Virus record (IMG/VR): IMGVR_UViG_3300029305_003884
Coordinates: 96,001-160,000 of that record
Strand: one strand, 5' to 3'
DNA length: 64,000 bases
Origin: a virus
Lineage: Duplodnaviria; Caudoviricetes
The notes beneath the pieces were generated by a model that was not told the DNA's origin, made no database searches, and was given only the letters and a program-made list of their open reading frames with translations. The translations under genes were made by a program, and so were the position numbers. Below, piece by piece: positions 9,078 to 18,344 of the stretch (positions are counted from its first letter, which is position 1; every line of letters begins with the position of its first letter).

Positions 9078-10334
9078 ATGTCTAAATTGACAGACAGGTT
9101 GAAGGCAAATAAAGCCTTCGCAGAAAACATCATTAGCAAGAACGAACCAGTCGAATACATTGGTTCAGGAATCCCAGTTCTTGATATCCTTTTCAGTGGT
9201 ATGATTGGCCACGGTATCAAGAAAGGCCACATGACGGAAATCGCAGCCCCGTCTACAATGGGTAAGTCCCTCATCGGTCTTTACTATCTCGCCACTGCTT
9301 ATCACGCTGGCATGGACTGCCTCGTAGTATCGTCGGAAGGCGCATTCAACTTTACGTTGGCCCAGCGTCTCGGTGTGAATACTGACGACATCGTTGTGTT
9401 CGAGTCCAAGTATATCCACCAAATCAACGAATTTATCACTAATGCCCAGAAGGAGATGAGCCGTAAGGAACGTCACGAAGTGTTCCTCCTGTTCGACTCT
9501 TGGGGCCCGATTATCTCCTTGCAGCGTGTCGAAGCCATTGAAAAGCAGACGGGTAAGGACAAACCGACTGCCGACATGGGTCAGACCGCTATCAAGAAGA
9601 ACGAACTCGCCAAGCTGATTAACGCATCCGAGTTCACTTCACTTATCATCAACCACGTTTACGACTCCCTCGAACAGTACAAGGACCCGAAGAATATCCC
9701 TGGTGGTTGCGAACTGTACTTCAACAGCGATGCCATCGTGCTTGTTTGTACGAATGGAAGAGCCTACAAGTCGAAGAACGAGTCTTCCAAGATTGGTAAG
9801 ATTGGTAAGATTGCCACCGCCCAGATTAAGAAGGGTCGTGACGGTATGGAAAACCGCACCTGCGAATACCGTATCCTTACGAACGGTGGTATCGACCGCT
9901 GGTATGGTCTTGTCGACGATGCGATTGCCGCTGGTGTTGCCGTTGTAACGCCGAAGGGTAATAAGGGCACATTCGTGCATCGTCCTGACTACGACATCGA
10001 CAAGGAAACTGGCGAACTTCTCCGTGAGTTCCGCTGGACGGATGACGATAGCGACCAGTGCAACACCAAGGAGTTCATGGAACCGCTGGTAAGCGACCCG
10101 AAGTTCCTTGCTTACATCGAGAAGGCATACATGTACGATGTGTCTCTCTTCGCCCGTGACCTCGTGGGTGACATGCCCGCCCCGATTTCCGAGGAAGAAG
10201 CCACCAAGAAGAAGGCCCGTAAGAGCAAGTTGAAGGCTGAAGCTGCAGCAACCCCGAAGAACATCAGCGACGAAATCGAAGGTGTTCAGGAAGAGACCGC
10301 AGCCGAGATTGCCGCAAAGGGCACTCAGGCTTAA
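9078..10334 (+). CDS. uvsX: UvsX/RecA-like recombinase
   Basis: GSGIPVLDILFSG, Walker A APSTMGKS, SSEGA, LFDSWG, DMGQTA, INHVY and GGIDRWYGL. Start at ATG 9078 after CAGGAG (ORF track start 9036). Confidence 0.92.
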   Translation: MSKLTDRLKANKAFAENIISKNEPVEYIGSGIPVLDILFSGMIGHGIKKGHMTEIAAPSTMGKSLIGLYYLATAYHAGMDCLVVSSEGAFNFTLAQRLGVNTDDIVVFESKYIHQINEFITNAQKEMSRKERHEVFLLFDSWGPIISLQRVEAIEKQTGKDKPTADMGQTAIKKNELAKLINASEFTSLIINHVYDSLEQYKDPKNIPGGCELYFNSDAIVLVCTNGRAYKSKNESSKIGKIGKIATAQIKKGRDGMENRTCEYRILTNGGIDRWYGLVDDAIAAGVAVVTPKGNKGTFVHRPDYDIDKETGELLREFRWTDDDSDQCNTKEFMEPLVSDPKFLAYIEKAYMYDVSLFARDLVGDMPAPISEEEATKKKARKSKLKAEAAATPKNISDEIEGVQEETAAEIAAKGTQA

Positions 10335-10350
10335 TTAAAAGTACCTAATT

Positions 10351-10387
10351 AAAACCAGGCGGTTTCCCGTATTCCGCCTGGTTTTTT
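10351..10387 (+). terminator. Intrinsic terminator
   Basis: AAAACCAGGCGG...CCGCCTGGTTTTTT. Confidence 0.8.
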
Positions 10388-10390
10388 ATC

Positions 10391-10419
10391 TTGCCAATCT
10401 TGTATTTATAATGTATTTT
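10391..10419 (+). promoter_or_regulatory. Sigma70-like promoter of the helicase gene
   Basis: TTGCCA-17 nt-TATTTT. Confidence 0.55.
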
Positions 10420-10454
10420 TAGACTGCAATATATTATAACCGAAGGAATTTTTT

Positions 10455-11966
10455 ATGGTAGTAGCAGACTTAAACGATGAAGAATATGTCCTGCGGTGTT
10501 TCTTTGAAGATGAAAATGTCCGTCTGCGTATAACGGACAAGATAAAAGAAGAGAATTTTGAAGATAAGGCGGACAAGCAGATTGTCCACCTCGTTCACTC
10601 GTTTAATAGAAAGTATGGTCGTTATCCTACTGCACAGGAACTTGTAACTGGATTAAATCAGAACCCAGGATACAGCGATGAAGCCAAGGAACAGCTCCTG
10701 AAGATTACTAAGCCTATTGGCGTTATCGCACCAGACGTTAAGAAGAAAATCATTGAGGATTATTTCAAGTTCAAGGTGTCACAGAGGCTTATGGAGGAAT
10801 ATGCCCTCCACATGCACGGAAAGGACCCGAATGCAATGCGTGGTATCATGCCGAAGTTGCAGGATGCGTTGAACTTCAAGCTGAGTACAAACATGGGTAT
10901 TCACTACATCCGTGACGCTAAGTTCGCAAAGTCGAAGCTCGGTGACATGGAAAAGAGTATCCCTTCCAAGATTGGTGCAATCAGGCAATACACAAGTGAA
11001 GCTCCTGAATCTCAGGGAACTTGCGGTGGATATTTCCGCAAGTGTTTGAGCGTTGTCGGTGGTACATCTGGTGGCGGTAAATCCATGTTCATGGTGAACG
11101 AGGCTGCCTTTGCTGCAACCTTGGGCTACAACGTGGTTTACATCAGTCTTGAACTTGATGCCGCCAAGATTTGGGAACGTGTCACTAGCTCGTTGCTCAA
11201 TGTTTCCCGTTACGACATTGCCAAGATGACGGATGAGGAAGTTATCGTCAAGTTGCAGGATACACACGACCCGTCGATAACTGCTCCTGGAAACCTGTAT
11301 ATCAACTGGATGCCTACCCGTAAGACGACGCCTGACGATATCGAGGGTTACCTGAACGAACTGGAACAGGTGGAAGGCGTAAAGATTGACTTCCTTGTGG
11401 TTGACTATATCGGTATTATCAGTCCGAACGCAGGTACATACAGTTCGTATGACGGAAGCTACCAGAAAATTCTGTATGCTGCCGAACAGTTGAGAAACAT
11501 GGCCGTCAACAGGGATATGGCTGTTCTTACTGGAACCCAGATGCAGCGTGCTGGCTACCGTATGAAGGATATCGGCATGGACCAGACGGCTGGTTCCATG
11601 GGTCTTGGCGATACGGCTGACGTCTACTACATCATTGTCCATGACGTTGCGTTAAAGCGTGCTGGCTTCCTGACTGTCACGATAGGAAAGAACCGAATGG
11701 GCTCGTCGGATGTCCAGTTCAACGTGAGGGTCGACTGGCCGCACATGTGTATCAGCGATGTTCTACCAGAGGATGCCGACATTATCAATAGCATAATGAT
11801 GGAATCCATTGCACAGGAAGCGATGGCGGCGAACGGGCAGCGGAGGCCGCCACAAGTACAACAGCCTCAGCAACCGCAGCTGCAGCAGCCACAGGAGCAA
11901 CCTCGGAAGAAAAAGGAGAAGCCGATAGACCCATCGTTTGCCAATGTGGCCCAGAACTACTTTTAA
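10455..11966 (+). CDS. gp41: DnaB-like replicative helicase (T4 gp41-like)
   Basis: Walker A GGTSGGGKS, YISLEL, VVDYIGI, TGTQMQR, DTAD and KNRMG. Q/P-rich C-terminal tail. Confidence 0.92.
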   Translation: MVVADLNDEEYVLRCFFEDENVRLRITDKIKEENFEDKADKQIVHLVHSFNRKYGRYPTAQELVTGLNQNPGYSDEAKEQLLKITKPIGVIAPDVKKKIIEDYFKFKVSQRLMEEYALHMHGKDPNAMRGIMPKLQDALNFKLSTNMGIHYIRDAKFAKSKLGDMEKSIPSKIGAIRQYTSEAPESQGTCGGYFRKCLSVVGGTSGGGKSMFMVNEAAFAATLGYNVVYISLELDAAKIWERVTSSLLNVSRYDIAKMTDEEVIVKLQDTHDPSITAPGNLYINWMPTRKTTPDDIEGYLNELEQVEGVKIDFLVVDYIGIISPNAGTYSSYDGSYQKILYAAEQLRNMAVNRDMAVLTGTQMQRAGYRMKDIGMDQTAGSMGLGDTADVYYIIVHDVALKRAGFLTVTIGKNRMGSSDVQFNVRVDWPHMCISDVLPEDADIINSIMMESIAQEAMAANGQRRPPQVQQPQQPQLQQPQEQPRKKKEKPIDPSFANVAQNYF

Positions 11967-11981
11967 ACACAGGAGTTAAAA

Positions 11982-12185
11982 ATGACGGAAGACTATTTTG
12001 TGAAGAACAGGGAAACCGTGCAGGTTGTCCCGTATGCCCTGTATGATACATTGCATGCTCTCGGGTTGGACGGATGCGAGTGTATAGTGTCCAAGGAAGA
12101 CGGTCACCTCGTTGTGCACTACTGCAAGCGTCCTAAGGTCAGTTGTACCGATGAACCTACATCAGGTGCTGTAAACTGCCCGTAG
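11982..12185 (+). CDS. Small hypothetical protein (67 aa)
   Basis: Strong CAGGAG RBS, in line with the operon. Confidence 0.65.
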   Translation: MTEDYFVKNRETVQVVPYALYDTLHALGLDGCECIVSKEDGHLVVHYCKRPKVSCTDEPTSGAVNCP

Positions 12186-12295
12186 ATTACGGTTTAACGT
12201 GGCTTCCAAAACACGGCATTAAAGCTAGCAGCACTTTTGGTGGGCATAGCCTTTAAAAATGTATTTTACCCAGTAGATTGAACTACTGGGTATTT

Positions 12296-12709
12296 ATGTT
12301 TACCGTTTTAGACGAACACCAGAGGCAGATGATTTGCGGAAAGATTAAGGCGATGTTTTCGACTCCGTCCGCAGTTGATGGGACATGCGGACTGTTCAGC
12401 ATGCCCGAGCAGTTGATTAAGGACAGGGCGGCGTATTTCAACGAATGCGTCGAGTCGGTCTACCAGCTTTTACACGAAGGGAACTCCCAAATCGGGATGT
12501 TCGAGGTCGTGTCGAGCCTTGACGAGTATTTCGACATTGAGTTCCTTGTCAAGAATGTCTTCTCGGACGAAATCATTGAGTCGATAGTCGACCAGATTGC
12601 CGACACTTTCGAGAAGGCGAAGCGGGATGGCCGGTTGAACATGGATGAGTCCAGTTTGCCGCCTGGATTGAAGGAAAGGATTATAGCACGTTTGGAAAAG
12701 AGGGGTTAG
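12296..12709 (+). CDS. Hypothetical protein, possibly gp33-like late transcription coactivator
   Basis: Acidic helical protein (FNECVESVYQLL...FEVVSSLDEYFDIEFLVKNVFSDEIIESI) loosely like gp33, located upstream of gene 32 as in T4. ATG 12296 preferred over TTG 12278. Confidence 0.4.
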   Translation: MFTVLDEHQRQMICGKIKAMFSTPSAVDGTCGLFSMPEQLIKDRAAYFNECVESVYQLLHEGNSQIGMFEVVSSLDEYFDIEFLVKNVFSDEIIESIVDQIADTFEKAKRDGRLNMDESSLPPGLKERIIARLEKRG

Positions 12710-12710
12710 C

Positions 12711-13406
12711 ATGAAAAGATGTACACTTACTGGTGCCGACAAGAAGATGTTGGAGGAAAACCAGCGGGAAAAGAAGCAGCAGCTTGCCGCATTGAACGCC
12801 GACATGCAGAAGATGGTGGCTACTGGCCACAGCAAGATGCTTGACGAGACGCCGTTCCTGCCGACTGGTCCCAAGGCTTACCAGCTTGTCGAGACTGAGC
12901 ATTACAAGAAATGGATTCAGAAAATCCGTGAAAGCGCTCCTGAAAAGAAGTGGGTTGGTAAGAGCTACTTCGGTGTTGCAGAAGAATACACTGAATCGTC
13001 GGAAAAGGTTTCCGAGAAGGTACTTGACCAGCAGGAAGTCGATGAAATTACCGAGACTTACGTCGACGAGAACGGCAAGCAGCGTGTCAAGATTCGTGAC
13101 GACTACGACCCGAACCATGCCAACGAGGTCGAAGATACCGAGTTGAGCAAGGAAGAAAGGAACGTATTCGACTTCGCCACCATCAAGAACAAGGTGGTCG
13201 CCCACCTCGAATGGAGCCTTGACGACCTGTTCGACGACATCGAGGAGTCCCTGAACGAGCTTCATGCTGACGAGGAGGACTACCAGACCCCTGAGAACCT
13301 GAGGGAAGTTGTCGCCACGATGCAGAAGACCGAACAGACCAAGATGCTCGAATACAAGCGCCAGCAGGCGGAAGCGCTGGAATATAAAAAGAAAAATTTG
13401 CAATAA
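12711..13406 (+). CDS. Hypothetical acidic protein with an SLDDLF motif
   Basis: 231 aa ORF with GAGGGG RBS; contains WSLDDLF. Confidence 0.7.
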   Translation: MKRCTLTGADKKMLEENQREKKQQLAALNADMQKMVATGHSKMLDETPFLPTGPKAYQLVETEHYKKWIQKIRESAPEKKWVGKSYFGVAEEYTESSEKVSEKVLDQQEVDEITETYVDENGKQRVKIRDDYDPNHANEVEDTELSKEERNVFDFATIKNKVVAHLEWSLDDLFDDIEESLNELHADEEDYQTPENLREVVATMQKTEQTKMLEYKRQQAEALEYKKKNLQ

Positions 13407-13410
13407 CATC

Positions 13411-13439
13411 TTGCAAACTGGATTGAAATAATCTATATT
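13411..13439 (+). promoter_or_regulatory. Sigma70-like promoter of the SSB gene
   Basis: TTGCAA-17 nt-TATATT. Confidence 0.7.
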
Positions 13440-13450
13440 TGCACTAAACG

Positions 13451-13503
13451 GTGTCATGTTATAAACTTTAATCGAGGAAATTCCTCAGTTAATAACATGG
13501 CAC
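13451..13503 (+). promoter_or_regulatory. Long stem-loop in the SSB mRNA leader
   Basis: GTGTCATGTTAT pairs with ATAACATGGCAC (one G-U), with inner AACT/AGTT and GAGGA/TCCTC pairings. Confidence 0.6.
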
Positions 13504-13521
13504 TAACAACTAGGTAATAAC

Positions 13522-14952
13522 ATGAATACTAACATGAATAATAACATCGACCTGAATTATGTCCCTGCGGCTGCTTCCGCACCGCAATCCCAGTCAACCG
13601 ACCAGTCTCGTCAGACGGACGAACGTATCTGGAAAACTAGATTGGACAAAGACCATAAGTCCTATTCCGCACAGGTTCGTATTCTTCCGAACATGAAGCG
13701 TGATGCACAGGGTAACTTGGATTACGACCGTGCTAATCCGTCCCCGTTCCGTAAGATTATGGTCCACTACCTCCGCATTGGAAACTGCGAAAAGAAGTAC
13801 TTCAAGTGCTTGAAGACTACCCACGACGGTATCAAGCAGAAGGGCATCTGCCCTTACTGCGATTGGACGTTTAACCGCTACTTCATGCTCAAAAAGGCAG
13901 CTGATGCAGGTGATGCAGTGGCCGCAGCCGAATTGGAGGTTAACCAGATGAACCAGGCTTCGACATCTTATGTTGTCAACGCTTTGATTCGTTTGGATGG
14001 CGTTAACCAGGAATACAACAACAAGGTGAAAATCTGGGACCATTCCGTGAAGGTTAACGAAACCCTCGACTATCCCCGTGAACCTGAAGTCGTTGCGCTC
14101 CGTCGTTGGCATAACACCAAGGAACACCGTTACTCGCCAGATTCCGAGTTTGAACCTGACATGATTGAGATGAAGAACGCTTCCCGTTTCTTCCCCGAAC
14201 AGATTATCGGTGGTCGTGACTTTGTTGTTACCTGTCAGGAATCTGGTAAGGAAATAAACGGAAAGAAGCTCAACAGCTATGACAGCAGCAAGTTCGTCGA
14301 CACTCCGAGCGACTTGGCCAGCACGAGGGAAGAAGCAATCGCTATCCTCAACCAGTGCGTGGACCTCGACGAATACCAGAAGGAAGACCTCCCTGCCAAC
14401 TATCAGGAAGCACAGAAGATGCTTAATGACTGGTTGGCTACACAGGTCGGTAGCGCTGCCGTTGAAGTGACCCCGAATTCCGCTGCTCCTGCCGCCAGGG
14501 CTAACCCGAACGTGACTCACGTTTCTGGTGCAGAATTCCTCGGCAATGCTCAGCAGCAACAGGGCGCACAGCAACCTGCCTTGGGCAATCCTCCTGTAAT
14601 CAATGAGGCAGTGAACCAGCCCGCTCAGCAGGCCGCTCCTACACAGCCGTCCTTGAATGGTCTGGCCAATCAGGCCGCACCGCAGGCTCAGCCGCAGTTC
14701 GCACAGCAACCGCAGATGAATATGCAGACTCAGCCTCAGATGGCTCCGCAGCCTCAGATGGCTCCGCAACCGCAGATGGCCCCGCAGCCCCAGTTTGCAC
14801 AGCCGACTATGGGTGCTCAACCGACGATGGCAGCTCAGCCGACGATGGCAGCTCAGCAGCAGGTTGTACAGCAGTCGCAGTTTGCTCAGCAGAATCAGCC
14901 CGCTCCGCAGCCGAATGCCGCAGGTTTCGCTGATGATGACCTTCCGTTCTAA
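13522..14952 (+). CDS. gp32: Single-stranded DNA-binding protein (T4 gp32-like) with a long Q/P-rich tail
   Basis: DERIWK, AQVRILP, Zn ligands H..CLKT..CPYC, YVVNAL, NNKVKIW, GRDF and SYDSSKF. Ends in ADDDLPF. Confidence 0.88.
   Translation: MNTNMNNNIDLNYVPAAASAPQSQSTDQSRQTDERIWKTRLDKDHKSYSAQVRILPNMKRDAQGNLDYDRANPSPFRKIMVHYLRIGNCEKKYFKCLKTTHDGIKQKGICPYCDWTFNRYFMLKKAADAGDAVAAAELEVNQMNQASTSYVVNALIRLDGVNQEYNNKVKIWDHSVKVNETLDYPREPEVVALRRWHNTKEHRYSPDSEFEPDMIEMKNASRFFPEQIIGGRDFVVTCQESGKEINGKKLNSYDSSKFVDTPSDLASTREEAIAILNQCVDLDEYQKEDLPANYQEAQKMLNDWLATQVGSAAVEVTPNSAAPAARANPNVTHVSGAEFLGNAQQQQGAQQPALGNPPVINEAVNQPAQQAAPTQPSLNGLANQAAPQAQPQFAQQPQMNMQTQPQMAPQPQMAPQPQMAPQPQFAQPTMGAQPTMAAQPTMAAQQQVVQQSQFAQQNQPAPQPNAAGFADDDLPF
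14731..14853 (+). repeat. 18-bp coding tandem repeats (QPQMAP x3, QPTMxA x3)
   Basis: cagcctcagatggctccg repeated, then cagccgacgatggcagct-like units. Confidence 0.85.
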
Positions 14953-14967
14953 TCAGAAATGATTATT

Positions 14968-14995
14968 AAGGGCGTGCCGATTGGCACGCCTTTTT
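14968..14995 (+). terminator. Intrinsic terminator
   Basis: AAGGGCGTGCC-GATT-GGCACGCCTTTTT. Confidence 0.85.
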
Positions 14996-15025
14996 CGTTT
15001 TAATGTATTTTAATGTAGAAAGTAA

Positions 15026-16213
15026 ATGGATGGAAGTTTTATGATACTTTTTGATACCAATTCTCCTGCACTTCGTTATGCCGCTTCTCTTATCTCTGGT
15101 GTGGAAAGTGAAGACGAACCAGTGAAGGTCGTTATCGGTGATGACGCCGTGTTATTCACCTTGAAATGTGGTCTTAAAATCAAGACCCCGATTTGGAAAG
15201 GTGACTACGACGTGTCCGACTTCGCTGACTGCAACGAGTTCTACTTTAATGCTCGTTTCCTCGGAAAGGCGCTCAATACCTGCATCAACAGCGACCAGAT
15301 TGCATTCATGCGACAGGACGACACCGTCCATGTTGCTGGCTACCTGAAAAAGCCTGACGTTCCGAAGGAGGATGTCAAGAAGCTTGAAGATGGTTCCGAT
15401 AAGGAAGCTGCTGGCACTGACATTGTCGTTGCCGAAGAAGAGGAAGCCGAACCGATTTTCTCCTACGAGGCCGAACTTGTCAATGTGGAACCGTTTGACG
15501 AAGCCGAATTTGGCGAATCTAATGCTACGTTCGTTATGGAACAGAGCGACATGGTCGAACTGTTCAGTCTCAGCGACTACTTCACTGATGTGGACATCTG
15601 CCGCAAGTCTGGCGTCGTTTCCTTCCGTGTTGGAAACGACGATATGTCCGTGGTTACCCGCTACAACATGAGCAATGTTGGAAACTCCAAGAGCGACCCG
15701 AACTTCGCCTTCAACGTAAGCAAGTCCACGATGAAACTTCTCTCCTTCATCGGTACGGGAAGCGTGACCATCGACTATGACGAGAAGAACAGCGCCATTA
15801 CCGCAAGTGACGGTTCTATCACCGTTGTTGCCAAGGTCGAACCGAGCAAGTACGAGACTTTGGTGTTCAAGGATGGAGAAACCAAGTTCATCACTCCTGG
15901 TACTGCCTTCGACGAGGCAATTCCGAAGCTGTGCGAAAACCTTGCTGCTACGAACAAGGATGACGAACTCACGTTCGAATACATCGGCCCGCTCAATGTG
16001 GGTATCACTTGGAAGGAAAAGTACGGCGAAATCTTCAAAATGGTTTCAGTTGGGGAAGCAAAACCGTTCGAACCGTTCGCAATCAAGTGTCGAATCCTGC
16101 ATATCCTTCTCGGTAGCATCCATGACAGTTCCGTCATCTTTGCCGAAACCGCTACGGGAAAGCAGGTCGCCCTGTGTTCGAACAAGCGGTATCAGCGAAA
16201 GGTGATATTCTAG
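15026..16213 (+). CDS. DNA polymerase III beta-clamp-like (DnaN-like) protein, divergent
   Basis: About 395 aa with three beta-alpha-beta-beta-beta-like segments: FYFNARFLGKALNT..QIAF, FNVSKSTMKLLSF..SVTI..ITVVAKVEPSKY and FAIKCRILHILLGSIHDSSVIF. Confidence 0.5.
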   Translation: MDGSFMILFDTNSPALRYAASLISGVESEDEPVKVVIGDDAVLFTLKCGLKIKTPIWKGDYDVSDFADCNEFYFNARFLGKALNTCINSDQIAFMRQDDTVHVAGYLKKPDVPKEDVKKLEDGSDKEAAGTDIVVAEEEEAEPIFSYEAELVNVEPFDEAEFGESNATFVMEQSDMVELFSLSDYFTDVDICRKSGVVSFRVGNDDMSVVTRYNMSNVGNSKSDPNFAFNVSKSTMKLLSFIGTGSVTIDYDEKNSAITASDGSITVVAKVEPSKYETLVFKDGETKFITPGTAFDEAIPKLCENLAATNKDDELTFEYIGPLNVGITWKEKYGEIFKMVSVGEAKPFEPFAIKCRILHILLGSIHDSSVIFAETATGKQVALCSNKRYQRKVIF

Positions 16214-16218
16214 TTAAC

Positions 16219-16243
16219 GAGCCAGCCAAAAGCTGGCTTTTTT
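16219..16243 (+). terminator. Intrinsic terminator
   Basis: AGCCAGC-CAAAA-GCTGGCTTTTTT. Confidence 0.8.
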
Positions 16244-16252
16244 AATATCCCC

Positions 16253-16281
16253 TTGCAAAATGTTTCTTGATGTACTATATT
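16253..16281 (+). promoter_or_regulatory. Sigma70-like promoter of the clamp-primase unit
   Basis: TTGCAA-17 nt-TATATT. Confidence 0.7.
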
Positions 16282-16335
16282 TAATGGGTAAAGTAAGTCC
16301 GCTTAAATTAAAACTGAAAAATAGCGAGGTTTGAC

Positions 16336-17229
16336 ATGGGCGTCGTCCGTATTAGCCAAGAATACTTCAATGTGTTGAAGACCATAAACTCGATGATGAA
16401 AATGAAGGCTGGCCTTATATTCAAGGGCAGGGGCAGTGATGGCCAGTTCACTGGAAACTACTACTTCAACGGTATTTGCGACAGTGCTATGATTCACGTT
16501 GTTGCGACCGAAAATGACGTGTCCTTCGAAGAACCTCGTCTGCAGATTTCATCCCTTCCAGACTTCATCAAGTATGCGGAAGCCACTGGCTTCCCGAAAT
16601 GCGAGATTAAGGTCGCTCGTGAAAGGACTATCCGTGGCATGGAGTATGACAACATCATCTTCACTGGTAAGGAAAAGGATGCTCGTATCGGTGTCGCCGA
16701 CGATTCAGTGTATGCGGACAAGAAGTACATGAAGATTTTTAACGAGCAGCTGGCCCTGGTTGCCCGCCTTGGTTTCAATGAGGACATTCTTCATGGTATC
16801 GTCAAGGATATCAAGTTGATTTCTACTTGCAAAGCCCTCTCGTTTACCGTCAGCAACGACCTGCAGTGTAAAATCCTCATCAAGGGAAGCGGAACGCAGC
16901 AGATTACGAGAAAGATTGACGAGCATTGCTTCTTCGTTGAAGACGAAGCGCAGTGCCTCGATGCATTCGCAGGCGGCAAACAGAGACTGTTCCCGTCTGG
17001 TTCCCTCCGTTTCATGGACACCATCGGTGGCGATGTGAATATCGAGCTCCGCCGTTTCAAGAATAGCGCAAACGACCTTATGACAATGAAGGGCTATATC
17101 GTTAAGCCTGGTGCCCTTATTGACAAGTCGAACAAGGAAAAGGATGCCCCGAGAAGCGAGATTAACGTTGTCGTGGCGAGCTCCGAATTTAGCGTAAAGA
17201 TTGTATCTAACGTGGACTACTTCGCATAA
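16336..17229 (+). CDS. gp45: Sliding clamp (T4 gp45-like)
   Basis: N-terminus VRISQEYFNVLKTINSMM..LIFKG and LQISSLPDFIKY match the gp45 pattern (LS..T..ILKNF..IN / IYDL..FL). Confidence 0.65.
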   Translation: MGVVRISQEYFNVLKTINSMMKMKAGLIFKGRGSDGQFTGNYYFNGICDSAMIHVVATENDVSFEEPRLQISSLPDFIKYAEATGFPKCEIKVARERTIRGMEYDNIIFTGKEKDARIGVADDSVYADKKYMKIFNEQLALVARLGFNEDILHGIVKDIKLISTCKALSFTVSNDLQCKILIKGSGTQQITRKIDEHCFFVEDEAQCLDAFAGGKQRLFPSGSLRFMDTIGGDVNIELRRFKNSANDLMTMKGYIVKPGALIDKSNKEKDAPRSEINVVVASSEFSVKIVSNVDYFA

Positions 17230-18344
17230 TGGCCGATTTTCGTGACATACCTGATGCCGACATGAAAGCTGCCGTAGAGGAAGCTTTTGGTGGCTACGAA
17301 ATGGTAGAGGAGTTGAACGCTTTCAACTTCGTGTGTCCATATTGCGGGCAGATACCGACGAACAAGATGCTCAAGCCTGAACGAAAGGCTTATGTGTACA
17401 AGGATACTTGGAACTTTGTCTGCTACAAGTGCCATCCTATGCATCACGTCATGTGGGAATTTCAGGAATCACATCCTGACATTTTCAAGCGATTGCTGTT
17501 CATGATGTATGGCAAGAACGGTCAGCCCAAGACAGAACGTCACAAGCGCCAGTATATAGAGGATGCTTATCCTTTCAAAGACGGCGAACTCGTTTCTCTT
17601 GAAGATGAAAATGATGCTGATGCCCAGATGGCCGTCGAATACTGCAAGAGTCGAAAAATCAGGGAAAAAGTATACAAGGACTGGTTTGTCTGCAAGAAGG
17701 ATAAGAAATTCCTTGATACGAACCCTGATGGAAGCTTAAAATTGAACGCCTATGGTCTTCCTACGGGAAACGAGTATGGGGGCCGACTGATTATCCCATA
17801 TTACCGTTTCGGTGGTTCGTGGGTCCAGTTTGATGCCCGAGACTTGACCAATACATCAAAGCTCCGTTACAGGAACTATGCAGGCGCCAAGCGTGAGCTG
17901 TACAATGGAGATTTCCTCCATTTCAACAAACCGTTCTTCATGCTTGAAGGAGCGGTCGACTCTACGTTTATCAAGAACTCCGTCGCTGTCGGCGGATTGA
18001 AACACTTCAAGAGCTTTATCGAGGCTAACCCGAATTTCATGGAATACAAGGAAAACGGCGTCATCATATTCGATGCTGACGAGGCTGGAATTGACGACCT
18101 TCGTTCCGTTATGAACCTTGGATTCAAGTGGTTCGACTGGGGTAAGCTTCGTAATGACAACCCTCAGTCAAAGGGTTTCGGCGGTAAGGTGAAGGATATC
18201 AACGATGCCGTGCTGAACTGTTCTGAAGTGAAGATGACACCAGACGGTTATGTAGACCCTGAGTTCATTGCCAGCCACACTTACAGTGCCGAGGCTGGAA
18301 TCATGTTGCTGAATCTGCGTTACGGGGCCCCTAAGAAGCGTTAA
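17229..18344 (+). CDS. gp61: DNA primase (T4 gp61-like)
   Basis: Zn finger NFVCPYCG...VCYKC, RLIIPY, TOPRIM motifs FMLEGAVDSTF and IFDADEAG, plus KDIND. Confidence 0.9.
   Translation: MADFRDIPDADMKAAVEEAFGGYEMVEELNAFNFVCPYCGQIPTNKMLKPERKAYVYKDTWNFVCYKCHPMHHVMWEFQESHPDIFKRLLFMMYGKNGQPKTERHKRQYIEDAYPFKDGELVSLEDENDADAQMAVEYCKSRKIREKVYKDWFVCKKDKKFLDTNPDGSLKLNAYGLPTGNEYGGRLIIPYYRFGGSWVQFDARDLTNTSKLRYRNYAGAKRELYNGDFLHFNKPFFMLEGAVDSTFIKNSVAVGGLKHFKSFIEANPNFMEYKENGVIIFDADEAGIDDLRSVMNLGFKWFDWGKLRNDNPQSKGFGGKVKDINDAVLNCSEVKMTPDGYVDPEFIASHTYSAEAGIMLLNLRYGAPKKR

Noticed and set aside
12186-12260. Possible tRNA or ncRNA in the intergenic gap
   Set aside because: No cloverleaf or T-loop; only a weak imperfect hairpin.
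625-18344. Inteins or introns in the helicase, recombinase or primase genes
   Set aside because: The ORFs are continuous, with no splicing or homing-endonuclease motifs.
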